Shown in pieces: positions 51,224-63,200 of a stretch of 64,000 nucleotides of DNA. Position 1 is the stretch's first letter; each line of letters starts with the position of its first letter. The position numbers and the translations under genes were made by a program. The DNA is from Acanthaster planci. Lineage: Eukaryota. The stretch is taken from the NCBI RefSeq assembly GCF_001949145.1, contig NW_019091360.1, positions 3,825,816 through 3,889,815 of the forward strand. Reading direction: 5' to 3'. The notes under the pieces were generated by a model, which did not search any database, had not been told where the DNA came from, and saw only the letters and a list, made by a program, of their open reading frames with translations.

Positions 51224-54200
51224 GCGAGTAGATCATTCATCTTCTGAACGGCAGACTCTACAATTAGCCTATCATGAATCCATTTATCATGCAGTTAACG
51301 GTACTGTTCGCCTTCATCCTGCATCATCCTTTGTAGTGGTTTTATTACTCACAGACTAAGCTCATCACCTGGCAAGATGGCGATACGAGGTGAATGAAGT
51401 TTTGTTATATCACATCGGGCAGGGGATTACCATGTGACACCATTTCTTCCATGTTCATCACCACTGTGCCTTACAAGACGCCATATGAACAAGTACCGCT
51501 ACCGTTGCCTAATAGGATTTAAACTCCGTGACATAGAAGTTGCTGGTTTGACTCGATTTGTAAACAGCTGCGTTGAAAGATGAAGATCATTGAATACCCG
51601 GTACGTGCCGCAAAATGTTAAGGAAACTTAGCCTCTTGCTAACATCACTTTTCAAGTAACTGAATCCACTTCATGAATCCTATATCTCCGATTTATAAAT
51701 GCTTACTAAATCAAACATTGCAGCCAAAATATTTCAAAGGAGTTTCGGCGCTTTTTAAGAGCCAAGAGCACGTACGAGCACTCCAGTATTGCTTGGTTGT
51801 TGTCGATATTTCTGCTGCCGAGAATAAACCTCGAACAATGGCCTCGATATCCCACGACTAATAAAGGTCAACCTTTAGTCGCGTAATATTCCACCTCAGT
51901 GGAACAGCAACAAAAAAAGACAGGACCTATACTGGAGCCTGTGCATTGACAATTATTGACGGACCTTATTCCAATATAACGATGATAACAAAAACACAAA
52001 AGACTTGGATTTCGAGTCAAACACGGTTGAAATGATTCGACAAGTTTCTCATAATTCTGAACCGTCGGCGATCTCAGTTGGTGGTTAACCGAAATGTTGC
52101 CTTTACGACTGTGGTCTGTCGTTGTAGTTGTAATGGTGATGTTTATACGGTCTGTTGGATAACTGGGTGTAGTTTACAATTGCGCAATGATCAACTACGT
52201 TGTTGCGCTTTACCTTTTGAAGTGACGGTTGACAATCTATGTTAAACATCCGTGAACTTGGATGAGGCAGCATTGGATGTATGATGCATTGTATGCATCT
52301 TTCCTTCAGGACATTGACGGTTTGACTAGGTGCCGTTCTAATCTACCTCAGGATAGTTAAACTGTACGTCCACCACAATGTCGGATCATTGCAGTCACCT
52401 CGGCGAATCTCAAAAGGTGAGAGACGCGGAGATGTCACCTCCTGGGAGTATCGTCTTAGAGCTTGGCATCGAGAACCAACTAGACTGTGTCATCCGCTCT
52501 ATACAAGCCTCTAAACCACGTGGTATGAACATCCGGCTAGAACCATTAACTGAATGCTGGGAACAGACAGGGAGTTCAAGAAATGTCTTCAAGAGGAGAC
52601 CTAGATTTGGAGGGACAAGCATCAAGAAGGGACGGACATCGAAACCGGGTGTCTGTAGCACCTGCCGTGCTCCGTGTACAAAATGTACAGCAGCAAGGGA
52701 CAATGCACAAAGGCACAGAGAACAGCCCGTCGCTGACAAACGGTATCTATCCTGTGCATACATTGATCTTCCGTCTCTTGAAACCTATAGAATTGACATT
52801 GAGATTCCAACAAGTAATGCTGAACAGAGTAGAACATTATCTGACGATGACTCAACGTTTACAATGGAGGATCATAAATTCACATCAGACGCATCAACAC
52901 AGACAGGTAAAGTAACTCATTAAGTTGGGCACCATCGTTCATTCATGAGCAAGCACGCAAAGGTTATATCCATTAATTAATTTGTTCTTCATCCTCCCGC
53001 AGATCATCTTTGTGTATAACATTTTACTCAATTTCATCATAAAAGCGCTGGCCTGTACTGTGGCAGCCATGCCCACTATACCATGGAATTCAGGAACCAT
53101 TCCCTTTCTGTTTCCATATCGACGTCAAACGTGCCCAACACCTTTACAATCCTCAAGTGTTCTTGTGACAACAAACTTTATTTTCCGAGTGCAAATTTGA
53201 GCAACGTTGGAGGAGTAGTGTTTCTCTCTTTCCGATTGTTCGTTTGTAACGCGAGTACGGACACAGCGGTGTAGTAAGGCTATATTGCCCAGATTGATGT
53301 TGGGATTGCTGAAGGAGAACCAAAGAAAGACATTGGAATGTACTGGTTTCGCAGAAATCTGCCAAAGATTTATACTAGTCCTCGCTAGAATCAAGCCGAA
53401 TTATGTTCAAAACAGTTTTCAAGTGGTAACTCAGAATAAGTGCCAAAAGCTGCTCAACTAACGTAGAATTTTTTACGTTGACACCAGCAGACATGCGCTA
53501 CGCGGTAGCCATTAGTCAGAACTCTTGACCTCAAGGTGTAGTTATGATATGAATCTCCGAAAGTGTCCGACTATTTTCTCACCATTTTAGCATAGATTTA
53601 TGTGTAGATAAGTTTTTACTCTGATTGACACATCTAAATGAAAAATGGAATAGTTTCAGAATAATAAATAAGAGTACTTTTTGGTGTTTTTTTTTTCAAT
53701 TGTGAAACACACGAATGTATTTGAAATAGGCTGATTCCTAAATTAATTTGACGATAACTTCATTTTTTCCCCCAGATGGCTTGCCTGAACGAATTTCAAG
53801 CATAGGTATTGACCACGATGTTACTTCTCCGGTAGAAATCACGTTGCAGATTGACAAAGAAATTGACCACCACACAGGGAGTTCTTCCGGGTCAAGTAGC
53901 TCAGATGATGATGAAGCACAAAACACAGGTGACTTTGACGGAAGAAGCCATGGGGAGGACAGAAGGGGAAGCAACAGCTCGATCGATAGTGAGGGCGGGG
54001 AAAGACCCCAGTCACCCACCATCACGGCACTCGATCAAGACAACACTGTGGTGGACCAGGACAAAGAGCAACCTCCAGACTTGTTTGAAGACGACGATTT
54101 ACTCCTGAGCAGTCTGCCAACATCTGACATGATTGGAGAAGCGGAGCCAAATTTGTTTGAGATGACGCAAGAAGAGGAAGATCATCTGATGAGGATGAAA

Positions 54201-57200
54201 GTTGTCTTTGGTGAATCGTCGATGAAACCTCCCGAGGGACCACGAGCAGTTTCTATGATACACGACGAATCCATCTACGACCTCAATGAGGTGATTACTG
54301 TAGCATCGTCTCAAGACGACAATCTGAACGCAGAGCAAAAAGTGGAGGCTGATAGGGAAGGTGACCAGGGTGAAGATCCACACCCTGATTTTCAGCTTAG
54401 CGACAGCTTGGACATCACACCAGAGGAATTTGAACAGTTTTTGGCTATGAATGCCGCCTTTGGAAGCCCTGCTGTCATTCCACCTCCTAAGTGTTTATCC
54501 AAGGAAACTCGTTCCTCACCAGCGGGCCCAATTCAACAAGAATCCATAGGCCTACACCAGAGTGACAACAAAGCGCGCAGCTTAGAACCTTCTCAAGCCA
54601 TAATCAACTTGACTGATAGCTTGGATCTAACTCAGGAGGAATACGAGCAGTTTGTGGCAATGAGTGCAGCTTTCGGCGGCCCATCTGTAATCCCACGTCC
54701 ACGGATGGCTTCAATCCAAAATGAAGAGCCATCCGAGCAAGCAGTCGTTAATCCAGTATCGAGACCTTTGACCCTCAATCTCCAGCGATCAACCAACCCT
54801 GATAACGATAGGACGCCCTCACCTCGTTCACCTGGTTTGTCTAGACAGCCAGCAGTAGGCTACTTCTCTCATACCGACACAGCCTCATCAGTAGAGGATG
54901 ATTCCAGACAAAACAGCGTCGAAGGAACATCCTTTCTGGATGACTTACGAGAGACAGCTTTCGGAAATCCAAGTGACGACAAACTAGATTCTGATCAGGA
55001 GGAAGAGTCCGACGGAGACGATGTGTCCCTCGTTGCGTCTTCACAGGAAGACGAAGGAAGCTTGACTCCTGTCCTCGAAACTTCTCCTTTGAACTTTGAC
55101 CTTGGAGTGGTTGAACAGTCGAATTCACTCTCAACAACGCCAACAAATGAAAGCAAGAAATTTCCAAAAGGTAAGAAAGTGACCCGTGTCGCCATTTACT
55201 TAATGTTCGTTAACAAATTCAACTATTTTCAATGTACATTTATTTTGTGCGATTGACACCTTTTCAAAAATAATTTGGAAAGTAATTAACTAGTTTGACG
55301 GGGATGCACGACACATAAGAAGCTTCCCACCAACGTTTAATTATTATGCGTAATCTTGTACTCGATTACACGCTCAGAACTCACATTAGTGTCAAGCATG
55401 GCGCGCAGCATACAACCAAGAGAGCATAGAGGAAGACAGGGACAACGTGTCGAAAATATTGGTCTTCTTTTAATCACCAGTTTATTTTCCATGAAAAGAG
55501 TCATGTTATGCTATAATATCATCAGCAGTCAATGGTTTGTTGTCGCCTTTGTTCAGCAAGTACTTTCGTAGAAGCCTTTTGCATTTTGGTGTTTGGTCCT
55601 ACGCAGCATTGATACCTCATTTTGTAACAAACTTGAATAGTAGCCTCTGCACCGTGACGAGTGATGAGTGGTGTAATGCTACAGTTGCCACCTCACTTCT
55701 GCCAATCACTTCTGTCTCAGACACTTCATCCTCCATCGTGGATTCATTCATGCCCTCTTGTTTACACATCCGGTAGAAGGAGACGTAGAAAGGATTCTTA
55801 TTTCTCCGTCGCTACCCTCAGATAAAAGCCTGAAGGAGATTGAGGGCGTTCTTTAGTTCTCCAGTCTTAACTTTGAAGACTTGGGGATGTCATAATCCTT
55901 TCTTTGAGCCGCCACTTTGTTAATTCTTTAAGCCGGGACATTGTGATTTCCTAACGTATCGCAAACCTACCCTCTAATGAGCGCTAAGAATAACCCTGGT
56001 TGTTATTTTTAGGGTAGTGTAGCAGTTATTTTTGGCAACAAGGACAGTTATTTCTGGTTACAATGAGAAAAGACTCTTGTCTTGCTGAAGATCTTCGCTC
56101 CACTGACTAAACTCGAGGCAGATTGCCATGTAGTGAACTAATCTTTGATAACACTTTGAGGATGGAGTGTACAGTGCATTCTAGTGCTTTGTACGCAATA
56201 AAAACAAAGGGAAAATATCAAAGCACAAATACATCACGAAAATGATTTTTTAATAAGACAAAAATCAGGAAAAGATATATCTGTTTGCTTTTGACCTGCT
56301 GAAATTACCACAACCTGTCAATTAAAGGGGAAAAGGATGATGAACAGGAGTTTTCTTCATTGCAACCAGCATTGTACATGTACATGTATATCCTGGTATA
56401 TTTCATATGAAGCGGCGTGAAGTTATATATCTCCCAACCCCCACCGTGTAACTATCAAGCTTCCTCTAATGGTAACTGATAATTTTTTGCCTTGTCGAGC
56501 AATGCCATGGCAACCACCTTTACGTCGAAACAACGATTGAGGTTATGATGGGCAATACTCAATGACACTTCGTTGACTGGATGCATTTTTTATCACAGCC
56601 TCCGCCCTTATTAGACGCGCAAAATAGGTCTTCAAATGAACGTGACACACGGGTGGTATTTTTTAGCAAGGTGGACGCAGTCAAGTTTCTTGAAAAACTC
56701 GTACAGCCCATTGTACGTTTAGCAAAATTGTTGTTGTAATTCACCAGAGGTAAGCATTATTGTGTAGAATCTAACCATCAATAGTTCTATTGGTAGATAA
56801 CGTTCTGTACATTAAATAATTAGTCAAACGTCAATGAGAAGATTGATTGGTATATTTTGTACTTTAGTGTAATTTTCCATGTAAGTCCCTAATGGTTTTT
56901 TTTTCCCATATTTTGGGAATTACTCCCTATATGTGAATGGATTTCGTTTCTCATGTTGTTTTTCTTAAACGATTCGTTTTTGTTAAAGAGTGATATTGTA
57001 TTCAGGTTCAATTGTCAACTTCAAGATCAATAATCTTGACCTGACCTGTTCCTTAGTTCTCAAAACAAAGGCTCCTTCGTGTCGAGGCTCTATAATTAAA
57101 GTACAATATTAGTAATTGCCGACAGATTTTTCTTTCTCACGACTAGGTGGCACTGAACCTGATATAGAAAACCTTAAAGTGCCTTCGGCAACCTGTCTAT

Positions 57201-60200
57201 TAGATTGCATTGTTAATTTTGTTCTTGTCGAAATGGAAAGTCCATTTCAGATGCCTGGGTCAAGGAAGGGTCCACGTGTAGTAGTACCTTCTGTCTGTTC
57301 TTAAACAATGTAAACACCTCACGCCGCGCCTATGTGACTGTGCTTTGGGGTGGTTTGCGTGAGAACTATAATATAGCGGTTGTAACCGCATACTCGGGCT
57401 CCTTGTCCACTAGACTGATACTGTATTCAAATTAGACCGGCTTGCCTCCGACTTGTGCAGTCGGACTAAGCAGGGGAGTCTGTCGACAACAAAGGTACTG
57501 AGCCTTCTACTTGGTCCGTTCGTTCACCTCTGTCATGCGCGTCACACAATGCGCTGTTCGCGTCAGATGGAGTGGCCAGGGACACCCATAGGTCTATCCC
57601 AAAATTTCTGATACCTGTCGTCAATCTTGGTGCACACCTCCAAAGTTTTGAGAGAGTATTTCTACTTCGTTTTTCCTACAAACTTTTAATTCGTGGCTGC
57701 ACCAGGACCGGAGTTCACCGAGGAGCTGTTCCTTAGCGCGCCGACCGGTGAGGGCTACGGGGACAACGCGGTGTTGATGCGGTGCAAGGTCGAGGCTTGG
57801 CCACCCGCTCATGTCAGCTGGTTCTACAAAGACGAGCCTCTTGGGGATGGTGATGAAGCCGTGGACCCGGATCGAGTGGAGCTGAATTCAGATCAGGTGC
57901 AGGGAGTCTACACGCTCTTGTTGAAAGAGGTTGAGAGCTTCGATACTGGGGTCTACACATGTAAAGCTAGCAACACCATCGGCGAGGCAACAAGTGCAGC
58001 CGAATTGATCGTTCAAGGTAAGGGGAAAATTTTATTTAATAATTCTTATGTAGTTACTGATTATCAACTTTCTTTGAAGTGATGCAAAATTTTCATTTCG
58101 CATATTTCTCCTGTTTGATCATTCTTAGCAGTACTTTTCAGTGTTTATAAATTTGATTCTACAACTTCTACGTTCTTCAGTAAGAATCTTCAAGGTATCA
58201 AAGCCTAATTGTGCGCAAAAATGGTACGACAGCAGAATTATCCATATGAATCTTCCATGCATGTATCTATTCGGTTTATACATCCTTGTTATTCTTATGA
58301 GGAAGCGTTCACTATGATATTCTCCTTTTATGAACATACACCACGTACTTTCAATCACAATAGGCCTATGCTGTTTGTAGTCGCGACGCCATCGGTCTTG
58401 GAATCGCTGTACGGTACGGTTCAGCTTGGTTTGTTTCAATTGTCCTTCGCGTAAACCAAGAACAGCATATTTCCAAACACAGTTGTAACATGAGTTTCGA
58501 AACCCTGACCTAGCCAAGGTGAAAACAGGTTCACTTGAACAATTCAGAGGAGGCACAAAGCGATTTTCGTTTTCTCCGGTTCACCGAGCCCCAGAATAAG
58601 AGACTGCTTGCCGCAGGCAAAGTCTACGTTATCCAGACACCTGTTAAGTAAACAAATAACTGGTCCTGTAAACTTGATGGCTATTCATTACCTCTTCAAA
58701 GGACATGTCAGAAACATATTATAGGTCACGCACATTTATACATTAAGTAAACATGCCAGGCATCAATGTTAAAACCGGTTTGTTAACAATATTGACTTGG
58801 AAATGTTTTCCAATGGTTGTTTTGTTTTTCTCTCTCAAATTTGTAATTGTGCAGTCATGAATGTTTCTGAAATGCCTAGGAGTGGGAATCTTCTTGTCCT
58901 CATCGATATTCTAGCAAGCTCTTACTGCGTTGTCGAACTCAAATTTTGCGGTGAATGCATTTGGGATGATTTCACAGATGAACTTGGTCGAGTAAATTGA
59001 GGATGTTCGGACAGTGTTCTTTAAATAGTCGTAACATAACGGATAAAGAGCCCAAGAAGTCGCTAGGAAGAGCAACGTCAGCAGGAAAATTTGGCCGTTT
59101 TCTAGCCTTTCCGTGAGCCCTTTTTGTGTCGTAAGATTCCAATTTCTTGTTTATAGATAAGTACTGATAAGGATCTTGTACCAGTTTTACACGATATCAC
59201 GCTGGCGTGCTTATTGATACGTAAAGAATTTGGATATAGGCCCAGACAAAACTTGTCCAAGGCAAGCGCAGCAAATTATATGGGCGTGAGTGAGCGTTGT
59301 TGAATAGACAGGAAGGGGATCAAATCAAGTAACAAGGCGTGAAATCGAAAGCTCCCCTGGGTTATTTCAGTATTGTTGGTGTGTGCTTTCCTGGACTGAA
59401 GACTCATACTTAAGTGTTGAATGCCTATCTAGGTTCAAAATTCTGGAGAACATTGACTTTAAAGCAACGAAAATAATCCACTTGTGTTGTTGTTGTTTTT
59501 GTTAATGCATGTTTACGCTTGTGCCTACAGTGCATTGTTCTATTCGACAGAGAGAATGTCCATCGTTTAGACTTATCGCAGTATTTCTGTGTTCTGTAAA
59601 CTCAATACACCATCCCTCCCGCCAGTTATGTCTAAGTTGGCATCCATGTTCGGCCAAAATTATCATAAAGTTGTGATGATCATTCAATCCTTCACAGAAT
59701 CGGCGTCAGATTCGGAATACGAAACTGCTCGTTCCTATTTTACATCTGGGTAAGTCTTTCCACTCATGTAAAAAAAAACAGATTCGAAATAGGTCATGTT
59801 TCTTTATGTCTCGTTTCTTTATTTACATGTAGCTTGACGCTATTTTATGATAATGTCTAATTATGATTAGTCTAATTATTTCGATTTGAATTCGCCGTGC
59901 TTGCTGTATGTAGTGAGCCCCCTACACCTTCAACTTGTTTTTATCGTTGACTCGACAAACACAATACTGGCTTGCACTTGTTTGATCTGCTATTTCTTGC
60001 GATCGCAGGTGTTTAAAAAGTCAATAGGACCGGCAAATACCAAACGATGAAAATGAGCATTATGATACGCTCTGATATCGCTAGGCCGATGGTACACCTT
60101 GGATGACCTTGTTTACACAAAGCAGAGAAACGTTGACTGAATTTGGATGCGTAACTAAGCAGAGTTGAAGCAGTAACCCACATGTGTATGATATTGAACA

Positions 60201-63200
60201 ACTAGGCATAATGAACACGGGCAATACAGTCACAGTACGCAAGGGGAGGAGGTCGGTTTCTCTCAGGTGGTTCATCAGTGTTCAGTGCTTGTCATGGGAA
60301 ATCAAACTCGCATTGTTATGGTTCGCTCTTGGAGCACTTCTTGATCGTTTTTCTCTGTGGAAAGTATATCCCATCAACTCACATCTTAAAGTATTGGTGC
60401 TTTGAAGAGGAAAAAATCGGCCACGCAGGAAACTAAAATAAACCAGAAAGTGGCCTGAACATACTGAAATTCTACAATCAGTCACTTAAAATTTGATGCT
60501 GCTGAGATTGTCGGAATGTGAAGAAACCCAAGCAATAATGAAAAACTTGTCTGGCTTTATCGTGACATAAAATAAAATAAAATGCAAAGAAAACAAAACA
60601 AAAACCTTCATGAGGGACTAAGTTTGGTAGCTCCCCCCACACATAGACTCCTGTTCTTAGATGAGAATCGCTTTTTTGCCGCTTAGGGATGAAATAGTGG
60701 ATCATCTCGGCGAGACGTGGTTGTCAAGAGGAATTACAGAAGCGAACACAGTCCCTAAGAGGACTGTGAAGATTACAACACACGGAGCCACTGCACCGCG
60801 CTTCACCTTCAAGCCCCAAAGTCGAGTAGTTGAAATCGGCCAAACAGCGAAACTTATTTGTGGCGTGAAAGGTACCAATAAAATAAGATGAAAATAAAAT
60901 AAAAATAAAAATACTGCAGGAAACTGAAGCATCACGAAACATCACGAAAACAAATTGAGAATGTAGTTTCAATATTTTTTCTCTCGTTTTCTGGAGCACT
61001 GTTTTCTTTATTAAAGGCGATTGCCTCATGCCATTTCAAACAAATCAGAGCTTTCATCTTTAGTATACCTACATTTTTGTCAATTTTTTTCATACAAACT
61101 CTTTGGACAACATCTAGAAGGTACTTCATGACAGCATTATGGCCTGGCCTACTCTGGAAATCTTAAGAGCTGTTTTCAGGTTGTGAAACAATAAGCTTTT
61201 TACTCCAAATAATCCACGGCTTCCCCCGTATACAGTTTGCTTGAGACCGAGGGCTTAGTACGTCAAATCTTATCATTTCACTCCGTGTGGGGTAATTTAT
61301 CTTCAAGTCATTCCTTCTTGTCTTGAATATGGGCTCTGTGTTCTTAATTCCCTTAATCCGTTAATTGGTAATAACAAGAACAAACGTTTGTCTTAGGATC
61401 GCCCAAGCCGCACGTGAGTTGGTTCAGTCAGGGTATGGAACTCAAAAACGAGGGACGTTACCGCGTCTTTGAGGGTGACGAACCGGGGAACTTTGTGCTT
61501 GAAATCCGTGAGATCAAACCCACCGATGCCGGTACCTACACCTGTACGGCTGGGAATATAATAGGGCAAGTCTACTGTTCTACAGATCTCTCCGTTGAAG
61601 GTTTGTGTTTCAGAGTTACCTCGAGTTCGAATGAGTTCTTATACCAAAGGCTTTGCAGTCAAATAAATGCTGCCTGCAAAATTCATGCTTCTAATCCTAA
61701 AATTTGTAACACGCTATTATGATTTTTTTTCTCCCAGAATTTGGTGAGCCGGATGTTGATGTTCAGATTATGGCTGACGAAATGTCAAGGTGAGTCGCCA
61801 TTTGTGATCATTTATTGTCAATCCCCCTAACAACCAGCCTCTTGTCTTGTCGCTTCACGTCGTCAAAAACTTTTTAAACTCCGCCTTCTAGAATCCTGAA
61901 ATTACAAGACGATTGAGGGCGTCTTTCATCTCCGCTCGCGCATCATTTGTGATAATTATAAGCATAGTTTAGCCAAAAGCAGGCAGAAATCTTGGTTTCA
62001 CTTTTCCGAAGTAAAGGTATTTATAAGCTGGTAATGTGTGTATCTGTAGTGAATAAAATGTCATGGTATTCTAGCATTTTAGTGGGTACACTGTACCCAC
62101 TTTTCTGGTAACATGCCGCTGACTTTGCCAAGAACGGTTAAAAAATCTTTGACTTAACACTTAACACTAGTAGAAGGTGGAGTTTGTTTCCCGCGAGTAG
62201 ACTGTCCACATGTGTTGTCAAAACCGCTTTTGTTGAAAAATTTTCGAATACATTAAGTTAAATTCTGATACTATGACATTCATAATGCATGCTGTGGAAC
62301 CTTTGTTAAGGATTTCAGTGTCATGAAATTTAGTCTGAGTGCATACATGCAGCTGTTCTAACCTATTGTTTGTTTACCGGTTGTAAAGATGTACCAGCCT
62401 GCTTCCTGTAGGTTTAGATAGGGTTCTTTTCTGCAATTAAGTTGATTAATTGTTGGAGTTTATATCCGAATCCCGATCTGTTAGAAATAGTGATACAAAT
62501 TGGCAGGTACATGTACATGTAAGTGGTAATTAATCTAGTCCTCACCCATTTTTGTAGATCTTTTTTCTCTGTGATCTGAAAGTGTTGACGTTAGTTGTTT
62601 ATTTTCCAGATTTTACAATTCAGTTAATTGTTTTGTAGCTCTTACTACAAATACAATAACCAAAAAGAAGCATTCTTACAATACTTATAGTAATTATAGA
62701 CCCCCCACCCCCTAAAAAAAAACAAACAAAAAACCTGAACAATGTCTGACTGGGTTTATCCTTGAGACATGTAATCAGATTTTCCAAGAAAGTGTCTATT
62801 TTAAGTCTTTCTTTGTGGCGTATACGTGCAATAATGCCTGGAGAAACTGAAAGGTTTGTGACCTCTTTGACTTTGTCTTGAATTTTCCTCATGAATAGAA
62901 GTTAATGATATGTCCTTTTGGATGAAACACGGGTGATTATGTTGTTTGTGCTTAGCTGATCAGGTTTAAAGTATCAGGTTTTCTTGCATAATGCACAGTT
63001 TATATATCAGGGTCACATGAGCTCAGTTTCCTGGTGATACTCACTAGGAAACTGAGCTCATGGTGATTGATGATTGATGATTTACAACTTGCTACTGCAA
63101 CATTTCCACAAGTCTGTCTGTGTAGGGATTACTGTACATTCCTTGTCAAGTTTTGGCTACTGGTGAATGGTCGTAAAGCATTTCCAATCACAGCTGAACA

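Noticed and set aside
7331..55195. Minus-strand and alternate-frame ORFs overlapping the exons (e.g. 7483-7956, 16625-16993, 23006-23332, 42217-42576)
   Set aside because: Shadow ORFs of the + strand coding exons, with no independent protein features.
60661..60686. ORF-track ATG or acceptor at 60661
   Set aside because: Splicing the microexon to 60661 gives G then TGA; the acceptor at 60686 keeps the frame.
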